Shown here piece after piece: positions 46,288 to 56,300 of a DNA stretch of 64,000 nt. The stretch lies in IMG/VR virus record IMGVR_UViG_3300023084_000009, positions 1 to 64,000 of that record. One strand, given 5' to 3'. The notes under the pieces were generated by a model. That model made no database searches. It saw only the letters and a list, made by a program, of their open reading frames with translations, and was not told where the DNA came from. Origin of the DNA: a virus. The position numbers and the translations under genes are program-made. Every line of letters begins with the position of its first letter. The stretch's first letter is position 1.

Positions 46288-46525
46288 TTCTTTTACCTCG
46301 GGAAACTACTTTTCTCTTCCTTGTTTTTAAGGAGAATTCGAAATAGATGGTAACTTCCCTGTTCAGAAAGCAAACCATCTTCTCAAAAATTACATGTAAT
46401 GGTTGAGTTTGCTTTCTTTTACCTCCATGAAGAATAAGTTCAACCCCGCGATTAACACGGATCTTGCTTTTATTTATGTTGTTATCAGACGATTCGTTGC
46501 TCTTTGAGGAATTTGATTGTGTCAA
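46274..46525 (-). CDS. Hypothetical basic protein
   Basis: Fills the gap; start uncertain. Confidence 0.45.
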   Translation of the reverse strand: MTQSNSSKSNESSDNNINKSKIRVNRGVELILHGGKRKQTQPLHVIFEKMVCFLNREVTIYFEFSLKTRKRKVVSRGKRNVSS

Positions 46526-46721
46526 CTGATCCTCCTAGTTTCTTTTCGTCACAAATTACCTGAGGAAAAGTAGATCCTTCTCCAAATTCAGAATAGAACT
46601 CTTCCTTAGTAAAGTCCCTATCAAGAGTATAAACCACAAAGGTGCTTCCCGTCAACTCAAGAACTTGTTTTACCTTTGAGCAATAGGGACAATCTGGTTT
46701 GGAATAAACAGAAAAATTCAT
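46485..46721 (-). CDS. Glutaredoxin
   Basis: YSKPDCPYC...STFPQV...LGG. Confidence 0.92.
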   Translation of the reverse strand: MNFSVYSKPDCPYCSKVKQVLELTGSTFVVYTLDRDFTKEEFYSEFGEGSTFPQVICDEKKLGGSVDTIKFLKEQRIV

Positions 46722-46749
46722 AAATTGATTTCGAAACATTTTTTGATAG

Positions 46750-46778
46750 ATTATATATGGTAAATGATATAGTGTCAA
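46750..46778 (-). promoter_or_regulatory. Consensus sigma70 promoter
   Basis: TTGACA-N17-TATAAT, exact. Confidence 0.88.
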
Positions 46779-46780
46779 TA

Positions 46781-46946
46781 TTATTCTACATTATCAAATG
46801 TTGGAAGAAGATCATTCACATTTTGTTGAATCAGAACATCATTCGAAAAATCATACGTGCAGATTCTTCTCTTACGAACCAAATCTACATCATCATATGC
46901 TACAACAATATAGTGTTCATATGTGCCAACTAGTCAGATATGCCAT
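46781..46946 (-). pseudogene. Deletion remnant: 5' end of a 2OG oxygenase fused out of frame to a start-less ORF tail
   Basis: MAYLTSWHI-stop versus MAYLTCWHM at 60043; a 47-codon open frame in +1 follows. Confidence 0.55.
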
Positions 46947-46968
46947 AATTGATTACAATTTTCAGATA

Positions 46969-47340
46969 TTATATAAGTTTTGGTTCTGGTCCTTCAGGTT
47001 TAGGATTATTTTCTTTGACTGCGTCGATAGCAGCAATCCAAGCACCATTAGATAAATTACCAGACTTTATATCGTGGTAAAGCATATCCAACTGGTCTTT
47101 AACATGTGGATACTCTTTCTCACGAGTTCTCTCATAGAGATAGTAGTTATAAATTTCTACTTCTCTTACAATTTCGGCTTCAACTTCTTCCCAAGTGGGT
47201 GGTTCTCTACCTTCATCATCTTCCCACCCAACAAAGGTGGTATTTGATAAGTCCCAACGGGCACCTGGACGAAGTGTATTGATAGCGGTATCTACACCAG
47301 GAACTGGGTACTCGATACCCTTAAACTTTCTGTAAGCCAT
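46969..47340 (-). CDS. XkdW/tail-assembly-chaperone-like protein
   Basis: AINTLRPGARW...PPTWEEV...R.KEYP.VKDQLDMLYHDI...VKENNPKP. Confidence 0.65.
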   Translation of the reverse strand: MAYRKFKGIEYPVPGVDTAINTLRPGARWDLSNTTFVGWEDDEGREPPTWEEVEAEIVREVEIYNYYLYERTREKEYPHVKDQLDMLYHDIKSGNLSNGAWIAAIDAVKENNPKPEGPEPKLI

Positions 47341-47407
47341 ATAATCAAATAAGTGATATACGATGTTATTTAGATCGTAAATAAATACCGTAGTTATATC
47401 AAATACT

Positions 47408-48577
47408 TTGAAAATAGTAATTGTTGGTGCGGGTAATGCTGGGTGTCTTACGGCATTACATTATGCTTGGCATACAAGAAAAGATGAATCTATAGAAATA
47501 GAATTAAGATATAATCCAAACATTCCCACAGAAAAAGTAGGACAGGCAACAGTACAAGAACCACCGAAACTTCTATGGGCAGCAACAGGATTTGATTGGT
47601 ACAGCAATCCAATTCATGCAACGTTTAAAACTGGAATACTGTATGAGAATTGGGGAAAGAAGCATGAAAACTGGTTCCACCCATTCTCTGCGGACCAAAT
47701 GGCAATGCACTATTGTCCAAAAGAGATGCAAGATTATGTGCTAGGTTGTGGTCTATTCAAAGTCGTAGAAGATGATGTAAAAGATATATCAAACATTGAT
47801 GCTGATTACATCTTTGATTGTAGGGGAAAACCAGAAGATTACGCCGAGTATGATCTTCTTAATCACCCAATCAATTCATGTATTCTCGCAAAACCAAATT
47901 GGGACACTGAGAAAGTTTCTTGGAGTCGACATGTGGCAACTCCAGATGGATGGACATTTGTAATTCCAACGGTTAAGGAGTCACCATCAAATCCATACTG
48001 CGTTGGATATTCTTATAATGACAAGATAACTTCAAAAGAAGAAGCAGAAAAGAATATGTTGGATTTGTTTGATGTAGAGATAACCAAGCATGTATCCTTT
48101 AAGAATTACATCGCTAAAAATCCAGTTATAGATGAAAGAATTATCTTGAATGGAAATAAATTCTTCTTCTTTGAACCACTAGAGTCAACATCAGTTCAAA
48201 GTTATCTTGTATGGGCTAGAAAAGTTTATGATGTAATCATTGATAAGAAAACTACCTGGCAGAAAGCAACAGAAGATATGATGAATTACTTAGATGAAAC
48301 CAGAAACTTTATTCTCTGGCACTATCACTTTGGTTCAAAGTATGATACTCCTTTCTGGGACTATGCCAAGACAATAACATTCAAAGATAAAAAGTTTGGT
48401 GCAATCTTAGAGTACATAAAGACAACAAACCACCATGACATTCTACCAGAAAGTTATGGTGGTTCGACCTATGATAGTTCAAAGTATTCTCAGTGTTATC
48501 TATGGAGTCTTAAGAACTGGTATGATGGTATGACTATGCGTCAGGATCATCCTCATCAGGTGGCTCTGTTAAAATGA
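47408..48577 (+). CDS. Short flavin-dependent halogenase-like protein
   Basis: GAGNAG, VGQAT, ATFKTGILYENW, GWTFVIP, FFEPLEST; TTG start. Confidence 0.8.
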   Translation: MKIVIVGAGNAGCLTALHYAWHTRKDESIEIELRYNPNIPTEKVGQATVQEPPKLLWAATGFDWYSNPIHATFKTGILYENWGKKHENWFHPFSADQMAMHYCPKEMQDYVLGCGLFKVVEDDVKDISNIDADYIFDCRGKPEDYAEYDLLNHPINSCILAKPNWDTEKVSWSRHVATPDGWTFVIPTVKESPSNPYCVGYSYNDKITSKEEAEKNMLDLFDVEITKHVSFKNYIAKNPVIDERIILNGNKFFFFEPLESTSVQSYLVWARKVYDVIIDKKTTWQKATEDMMNYLDETRNFILWHYHFGSKYDTPFWDYAKTITFKDKKFGAILEYIKTTNHHDILPESYGGSTYDSSKYSQCYLWSLKNWYDGMTMRQDHPHQVALLK

Positions 48578-49010
48578 ATTCAGCATACTCCTCTGCGGTT
48601 TTCCAAAGGATCCAAGTCTGTGTTGCTTCGTCCCAATCATATTGCCCACCATCAGTTGGATATGGTAGTGGTGGTTCCCAATCACAGGTATCCTCATTCA
48701 AAGTCCATGTATCAAAAGGTTTTGGTGGAATGAAAGCATCTCTATCTGGATCATAGGTCCCACCAATTACAGCATAATTTTTTCTTAAAGGTTGTTTTGC
48801 CGTACTTGGTTCTAAATCTTGATTAAGATATACACCTTGTCTGGTATTATAAGATGTTTGAACCCAAGTCAAATGTCCAGTATTGTTTATCAATCTTTGG
48901 ATCGCGTTCTCTTCACTACGATTTCCTTCTCCATCTTCAAAAAAAGACTCATCAACAACGACAATATTTTTAACGACGTTGTTTAATCCTATTTGAGCAA
49001 AGTGTGCCAT
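48534..49010 (-). CDS. MAHFA-type fibre-tip accessory protein
   Basis: MAHFAQI...WVQTSYN...RKNYA.IG.TYD..RDAFIPPKPF..W...WEPPLPYP. Confidence 0.7.
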   Translation of the reverse strand: MAHFAQIGLNNVVKNIVVVDESFFEDGEGNRSEENAIQRLINNTGHLTWVQTSYNTRQGVYLNQDLEPSTAKQPLRKNYAVIGGTYDPDRDAFIPPKPFDTWTLNEDTCDWEPPLPYPTDGGQYDWDEATQTWILWKTAEEYAEFILTEPPDEDDPDA

Positions 49011-49014
49011 GTGA

Positions 49015-49554
49015 TTATGAAAATTTGTTTTTTACATATTCAGTAGAAATATAAAGATTTCCACTTACTATTATTCTTTCTTTATTTATTTTATGTTGGG
49101 GCACTCTATGTTCAAGTAGAGATGGAAATATTAGAATATCCCCTTCTTTTGGGTGAAATTCAAACTCATTGAACACTAGTGGTGCAGATCCCTCTGGACA
49201 ACGAACATAATATACAAAGGAATATGTTGCTGGAAAATGATGATGCGTTAAAGCATATTCATTTTCTCTGTAGATTAAACCCCATATATTACCAACCTCC
49301 CAGGAACCACGCCATAGTTCATTAAAGTTTCCATGATCATTTAAGCACGCAATAATATAGTCCATCAGTTTTTTAAATGATGGTGTTCTCATATTAAAAG
49401 AAGTCATGTAACATCTACATGAAGTGTTCTTGTTTTGAACATCTCCACTACTTCTTATATCTTTTTCTAGTTCATCATTCAATTTCTCAAAGTAGGGATA
49501 TTTAAACTCATATATCCCTACTTTTTGATTTACTTCAATTAAGTGCTCCATCAA
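49015..49554 (-). CDS. 2OG-Fe(II) oxygenase (TIGR02466-like)
   Basis: HHHFPATYSFVYYV...FPSLLEHRV...RIIVSGN. Confidence 0.8.
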   Translation of the reverse strand: MMEHLIEVNQKVGIYEFKYPYFEKLNDELEKDIRSSGDVQNKNTSCRCYMTSFNMRTPSFKKLMDYIIACLNDHGNFNELWRGSWEVGNIWGLIYRENEYALTHHHFPATYSFVYYVRCPEGSAPLVFNEFEFHPKEGDILIFPSLLEHRVPQHKINKERIIVSGNLYISTEYVKNKFS

Positions 49555-50555
49555 CCGGAAAGATATCTAACAATAACAATTCCAGATCCACCATTACCAC
49601 CACCTGAGTTTGGTCCTACGGTTCCACCGCCGCCACCACCTCTATTTGCTAGACCACTTCTTGGGGATTTACCTGGTCTTCTACCTCCACCATATCCAAT
49701 TCCATTAGTCGGAACTTCTGGATCTGGTCTACCATTTCCTGGTTCTCCACCACCAGCATAACCAACAGAAGATCCAGAAATACTATAAGTTAATCCTCGA
49801 CCAGAAGTGGAAGCATTCCATCCAACGGTTCCAGTTGGTCCTCCTTGTCCGGCACCACCACCACCGCCACCACCATATCCAGGTGCTCTCCATCCAGGAT
49901 GTCCCCATCCAGAACCAGGAGAATTAGAACCATCGGTTCCTCCAGTGGAAGAGTTGGTTGAACCGCCGTTTTGTGGTCCAGGGTCAGCCCATCCACCACC
50001 ACCACCTGAACCGCCACTCTGACCGCCGCCAGCAGATGGTCCTTGCATACCAATTCCACCACCACCGCCGCCAGGGGAGGTAATAGGACCGAATGTAGTG
50101 GTCCCTCCACCACCACCATTTGCTGAACCAGCACCACCAATGCTTACTGCATAACTTCCAACAGATACTGCAAAACTATTTGAATAATATAATCTTCCAG
50201 CACCACCTGCTCCTCCACCACCTAGTGTTCCGGGAGGAGCAGATCTATGCCCAGCACCGCCGCCACCAAGAACTAAAACTTCAACAGATCCAGCACCTGC
50301 GGAAGTAACCTGAAATGTATCTGGACCAGAAGTAAATGTATGAATTTTATATCCACCAGAAGTTGTTACTGTTCCACCAGATGCTTGTAGTGTTCCTTGG
50401 TCACCAATTGCCTGCCAAGCTGATCCAGTATAGATTTCAACATTTCCACTGGTCGTATTATAAACAACCATTCCAGTGGTAGCACTTAAGGAATTTCTCT
50501 GTGAAGTAGTTACAGAACTAATTTCAATATTATTTGAATTTAATCTGGTTGCCAT
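49551..50555 (-). CDS. Glycine-rich tail-tip protein
   Basis: GGYKIHTFTS...VEVLVLGGGGAG...GGNGGSGIVIVRY. Confidence 0.75.
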   Translation of the reverse strand: MATRLNSNNIEISSVTTSQRNSLSATTGMVVYNTTSGNVEIYTGSAWQAIGDQGTLQASGGTVTTSGGYKIHTFTSGPDTFQVTSAGAGSVEVLVLGGGGAGHRSAPPGTLGGGGAGGAGRLYYSNSFAVSVGSYAVSIGGAGSANGGGGGTTTFGPITSPGGGGGGIGMQGPSAGGGQSGGSGGGGGWADPGPQNGGSTNSSTGGTDGSNSPGSGWGHPGWRAPGYGGGGGGGAGQGGPTGTVGWNASTSGRGLTYSISGSSVGYAGGGEPGNGRPDPEVPTNGIGYGGGRRPGKSPRSGLANRGGGGGGTVGPNSGGGNGGSGIVIVRYLSG

Positions 50556-50556
50556 A

Positions 50557-53313
50557 TCAATTATTACCTTTAAGATTATTTATTTCTTCTTTAAGTAAAT
50601 AAATTTCAGATCTAAGTTCTTTAATTGCTTCAACTAAAAGAGCAACAAAGTTTTGATACGCAACTGACTTTGGATCATCACCAAATACAAGTTCAGGAAT
50701 AATATTTTCAACCTCTTGTGCAATAAATCCAAGAGAATGTTGTCCATTTTCTTTATAATCAAACTCAACACCCCTTAATTTACAAACTTTTTCAAGAGCA
50801 TCTGCAATAGTTGTAATGTTAATTTTGAGTTTAATATCAGAATTGGATGTTACTGATCCAGCACAAGTTAAGTTTGTTCCATCAAAAGTTAGATTACTAG
50901 AAGTAGTTGCTACGTTAGATCCATTTTTGTAAAGAACTTGGTTTGCTGATCCAGCAACTGGTCCAGGTATGCCTTGAATACCCTGAACACCTTGAGTACC
51001 ATAAGTGCCTTGAGTACCAGTGATTCCCTGAGTTCCATTAGTACCTTGAGCACCTGTAATTCCTTGAATACCCTGAGTTCCTTGAGTACCCTGAGTTCCT
51101 TGAGTACCCTGAGTTCCTTGAGTACCCTGAGTTCCTTGAGTACCCTGAGTTCCATTAGTACCCTGAGTTCCATTAGTACCCTGAGTTCCTTGAGTACCCT
51201 GAGTTCCTTGAGTACCCTGAGTTCCATTAGTACCCTGAGTTCCTTGAGTACCTTGAATACCTTGGATGCCCTGAGTACCTGTAATTCCTTGAATACCCTG
51301 AGTTCCTTGAATACCTTGAGTGCCTTGAACACCCTGAAGAGCAGCATTGGAAATAGTTGCCTTCTTTAAGTCTCCAACATCAGCATCATAAAGAAGAATA
51401 TAATCGCTACCAGATGGTTGTCCAGAAGTTAGTTCAGCGCGATTACTAATAACTCCAGCACCAACAGTAGTCAGAGAAGAATTGGTAACTCCTGCTCCAA
51501 GAGTGGTCGCTGAAAGAACATCAGCACTGTTAATCTTATAAGTTCCACCAGTATATACATCTATTCCTCCAGAAACAACATCTACTCCAGATTGGAATGT
51601 AGATACACCAACTACATTTAGACCACCATCTGTGATTCTAAGACCAGAACGAGCGGTAGAAATATAAACCGCATCAACGTTAGTAACGTCTTCATAAACT
51701 AATGTACCAAGAACGGTAAGATCTCCACTAACTTCTGCATTACCAGTAATACTTACACCACCAGAAGTGGTCTCAAATTTCTTATCACCGAAAGCATAGT
51801 ATAACTCTACACCTGCATTATCAATAAACTTTGCTATAGGTTGATTTCCACCAGTTCTAATTTCGGTAGAATTACTTTTTATCCATAAAGCACTACTAGC
51901 GCCAGTTTCCTGAATATAACTTGTACTCCCATCACTAAAGATTTCTAAATCTACACCATCACCAAATCTCAGTTTATCATTATCACCAAGATTTACATTA
52001 CCTTGGAATGTGGCGATACCAGCAACTTCTAATTGATTAAATGATGCTGTTGTGGTATGAATTGTTACTCCAGATCCAACACTAATTGTATTAGTATCTC
52101 CATTAAGAGTAACCGAAGATGAACCAACAGTAAGAACACCAACGATACGAGCATCACCAGCAATACTTAGATCATTACCAACAAAAAGATTATCTTGTGT
52201 GGTAACAATGCCAACGAATGTAGAAACACCAGAGACATTCAGTTGATCAGTATCTGTTGTTCCTGTTACATCAATACCAGTAGACTTGGTAGCAAACTTC
52301 TGAATGCCATAATGGGAAAGAATAACCTCACCAGTAAGACCATTTGCATGGATGTATCCAGTCGTGCCTGAACCTGAACCATTGTCGGCAGAAATATAGA
52401 TACCCTTGTCAGCAGCGGCATTTCTAATTATTAAGTGATCAGTAGTGTTGATAATGTAACTGCTAGTATTATGATAAATCTGTAAGTCTTGACCAGCACC
52501 AAATATTATCTTATCATCATCACCAAGATCTACATTACCTTGGAATGTAGAGACACCAGAAACATTCAGTTGGTCAGTCTGGATCGTTCCAGTTACGTCA
52601 ATACCATAGTTTTGCGTTTTAAGTTTTTCGTTCTCGTCTTGATAAAGTGAAATGTATTTACCAACCTGCTCACCATCATCAAATACAGAACTTGGCCACG
52701 TTTTTAAATATCTGGTTCCACCATTGTCTGCAATGTCGATATAATCACTACCACTACTTCCAGATCTTATCGACAAAGGAGTCCCACTTTGCGCCTGAAT
52801 GTAATTTCTGCCTGGAGAACCAGATTGGTGCCGAATGTATAAATCATAGCTAGCACCAAAATAAAGTGAATCATTATCACCAAAATATGCATCACCTTGG
52901 AATGTAGAAACTCCTACTACATCTAATCCACCACCAGTGATTCTTAGACCAGATCTTGCCGTAGCGATACCAACAGAATCAACATTAACTACGTCCTCAT
53001 AAGTAAGAGTTCCACCAACCGTTACATCACCACTGAATGATGCACTAGTAGCAGTAAGAACACCAGATATTCTTACATTATCCAGTTCTGTATGCCCATC
53101 TACATCTAGATCACCAGAAGCACTTAAATTTCTTGTAGTAATATCTTCTCCAACTGATCCTCCACCTTCAACATTAAGTGTTGATGCATGGAGAGTACCT
53201 CCAACATAAAGATCGTTTTGGAACGTACCAACTCCAACAAATGTGGATATTCCAGCGTCTACGATATTTCTACTATCATCAACAATAGTAGAATTAGAAA
53301 TCTTAATTGCCAT
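50557..53313 (-). CDS. Tail fibre with GXQ tract and S74 chaperone
   Basis: GDNDKLRFG repeats, GTQ tract, SDIKLKINI...GFIAQEVE. Confidence 0.8.
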   Translation of the reverse strand: MAIKISNSTIVDDSRNIVDAGISTFVGVGTFQNDLYVGGTLHASTLNVEGGGSVGEDITTRNLSASGDLDVDGHTELDNVRISGVLTATSASFSGDVTVGGTLTYEDVVNVDSVGIATARSGLRITGGGLDVVGVSTFQGDAYFGDNDSLYFGASYDLYIRHQSGSPGRNYIQAQSGTPLSIRSGSSGSDYIDIADNGGTRYLKTWPSSVFDDGEQVGKYISLYQDENEKLKTQNYGIDVTGTIQTDQLNVSGVSTFQGNVDLGDDDKIIFGAGQDLQIYHNTSSYIINTTDHLIIRNAAADKGIYISADNGSGSGTTGYIHANGLTGEVILSHYGIQKFATKSTGIDVTGTTDTDQLNVSGVSTFVGIVTTQDNLFVGNDLSIAGDARIVGVLTVGSSSVTLNGDTNTISVGSGVTIHTTTASFNQLEVAGIATFQGNVNLGDNDKLRFGDGVDLEIFSDGSTSYIQETGASSALWIKSNSTEIRTGGNQPIAKFIDNAGVELYYAFGDKKFETTSGGVSITGNAEVSGDLTVLGTLVYEDVTNVDAVYISTARSGLRITDGGLNVVGVSTFQSGVDVVSGGIDVYTGGTYKINSADVLSATTLGAGVTNSSLTTVGAGVISNRAELTSGQPSGSDYILLYDADVGDLKKATISNAALQGVQGTQGIQGTQGIQGITGTQGIQGIQGTQGTQGTNGTQGTQGTQGTQGTQGTNGTQGTNGTQGTQGTQGTQGTQGTQGTQGTQGTQGIQGITGAQGTNGTQGITGTQGTYGTQGVQGIQGIPGPVAGSANQVLYKNGSNVATTSSNLTFDGTNLTCAGSVTSNSDIKLKINITTIADALEKVCKLRGVEFDYKENGQHSLGFIAQEVENIIPELVFGDDPKSVAYQNFVALLVEAIKELRSEIYLLKEEINNLKGNN
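51071..51250. repeat. 18-bp tandem repeat, ten copies
   Basis: ccctgagttcc(ttg/att)agta. Confidence 0.9.
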
Positions 53314-53357
53314 CTACCGTCCTCGTTTGCACTAGGTAGTTTTTAGTATTTAGGAAA

Positions 53358-56300
53358 TCACTCCAGTGCAGATATTCTTTGTTCGAGTTCTTCTATCTTT
53401 TGTTGTTGTTCTTTTACAACTTCAATCAAAAGACCCACTAAACCATTGTAATTTACACCCTTCTTAGTATCACCATAAACCAATCGTGGCATCACTGCTT
53501 CAACTTCCTGTGCTATGATACCAGCAGAAGGTAATCCACCTTGGGATTCTATCCAATCAAAGGTAACTCCACGAATCTGAGAAACTTTTCCGATTGGATC
53601 ATCAATTACTGCAATATTTTCTTTGAATCTTTCATCTGAAGTGGTATTGAAGTCTGCTGCTTGTACTGTTCCTTGAGCAAAAATAGTTCCAACAAAAGTA
53701 GAAACTCCAGTAACATTTACCTGGTTAGTAAATGTAGTTCCAACAACTGTTACTCCATACCCTGTGGTTTCAAGTTTCTTAGAACCATTATAGAAGAGTC
53801 TTACAGTTCTTCCAGATCCATCATTAAGTGCTTCAACCCAATTCTCATTTGATTGTGATGGGTTTTGAAGTTTTAAATCTTGACCACGGAGAAGTAGTGT
53901 TCCTGTAGAACTATCTTCATGAAGAATGAGGTTATCAGTGTCAGAATATAACCACCCATCATTATCATTTCCAAAATAAATTCTATTGTTATCACCAAAG
54001 TATGCGTTATCATTAAAGGTTGAAACTCCAGTTACCTCAAATCCACCACCAGTAATTCTTAATCCAGATCTGGCAGTGGCAATACCAATAGAGTCTTGAT
54101 TGGTAACGTTCTCATAAGTAAGGTCGCCAAGAACTGTTACGTTTCCACTGAACTCAGCACTAGTGGCAGTGAGAATACCAGAGATATTAACATTATCAAG
54201 TTCAGCATGTCCAGTGATGTCAACACCACCTACTGTGGTTTCAAATTTCTTGGAGTTGTTGTAGTAGAGTGATACCTCAGCATTTTGATTTGCCTCTATT
54301 GCCAGTTCATTAGAGTTTGATCTTATATGAACACTACTTCCATCTAAGTATAGTCTTCCTGTTCCAATCTCTCTAATAAAACTATGACCTCCACCATGGT
54401 AAATCTGTAAATCATCACCATCACCAAAATACAATCTATCATCATCACCAAGATATACATTATCTTGGAATGTAGAAATACCAGAAACAGTAAGATTTCC
54501 TCCATTAACATCTAAACTTCCATTGATAATTGTCTTATTAGATGCTGCAGGATCAATGTTAATGTTACCAGTAGTTGAAGAGAATGTATTAGCAGCAAGT
54601 TGAAGGTTACCAACAGTTAAACTTGTTGGAGTAATGAGAGTTTGATTCGAAACTCCATCAGTAACAACCAGGTTTCCAACATTCTCTAGGTCGTAAGATG
54701 TAGAGGCAAAACTTACTTGCCCAGTTTCTTGATTGATATAAAGAGAATCGCCAACTCTAAAGTCTCCAGATTGATCAATACTTACAAAAGAAACTTGACC
54801 ACTGTTAAGTTCAACTACTTCATTAGACTGTACTACAAGTGTTGCGTCATTGGTAAAATCTTTACCTGTTCCAACATGATTAAAGTTAGTAGCAAATAGT
54901 CTTAACTGAACACCAACCCCATCTGCAACAACACCTTGAGATCCATATTCAACGGCACAACCGACTGAACGCATCTCAGCACCAAACATAGTATAGTCGG
55001 CAAGAGTAATAGCACTAGCAATACCAGTTTGAGTTACGCCATCAGATTGGAAGAACCTAACATCCTGTGTGGTTCCAATACCAACCGATGTAAATGTACC
55101 ATATCCTTTACCACTAATTCTAGCGTAATCAGTATTATAATTAGTGATCGTACCAACAGCAACTACTGAACCACCAGAGTCATAAAGTTTAACAACATCA
55201 TTAACTGATGGTGTTACTCCAGGAGTTCTAAACTTAAGTCTTGTTTCAGCAGTACCTGCAATACCAACCGTACCACCAAGACCAACAATTGCCTGAGAAG
55301 CAAAGTAGTGGAAGCAGTTTAGGTATTCTGCACGAGCACCATTTGTTAGGATGATACCTTTGTTGTTTGGTGTAAAGAATGTTACTTCATTGAAAAGCAT
55401 TCCTGCTTCTAATGAATTACTTGCTACCTTAGATCCATCAACTAACGCACCTCTACCTGCCAGGTATGTTGTTGGTGGATTATCAGGAGTATCATATCCA
55501 TATGGATCACTTGTAGTTACTGTAGATCCAGTATTAAGAACAGTTACTCTCTGGATATAAGGACTTCTAGTCGTGATTGCGATACCAGTTGCATATGCGA
55601 AAGCATATCCTGTATCGGTAGAAGAATTATAGAAAGAATCTTTAATAGTAAAGTCTTCTAATGTAGAGATATCATTTAGTTCAAATACATTATTAGTCTT
55701 TGTAGCATCTGAAGGTTTAATTGTTGTTGCTCTTAAACCAGCACCCTTAACAGTTACTCCTCTAGGAACTGTAAGAGGGCAAGTTTCCTCATAAGTACCA
55801 GCAGAAATGTTGATTATGTCACCATTCGTAACAACACTCAGTGCCTGTGCAATGGTGAGATATGGTTCATTAATATTATCACCAGAATTCGAGTCGCTAC
55901 CAGTTGTAGCAACATAGTAAGTCTTTCCAAGTGCATTAAGATCACCATCAAATCTGGTTGCCGTTGCGACGCCAGATACATTCAATGCATCAAGTTCAGT
56001 GTGTCCATCAACATCTAGTTCAAATGCAGTAACAATACCACTAATATTAACGTTATCAAGTTCAGTATGCCCATCAACATCAATTGTATCAACACCATTG
56101 TTAAAAGTAGCAACTCCAACTACATCCAATCCACCACCAGTGACTCTGAGACCAGAACGAGCGGTGGCAATACCAACAGAATCTACATTGGTTACGTCCT
56201 CATACTTAAGGACACCACCAACAGTTACATCACCACTAAATGATGCTGTGGTTCCTGAAATCTGACTAGCAAAGGTAGAAATACCATTTGTATATAAGTT

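Noticed and set aside
46798-47055. 85-aa His-rich plus-strand ORF
   Set aside because: Antisense to the remnant and the XkdW-like gene; no supporting SD or promoter.
51071-51250. Possible CRISPR array
   Set aside because: Contiguous in-frame coding repeats with no unique spacers.
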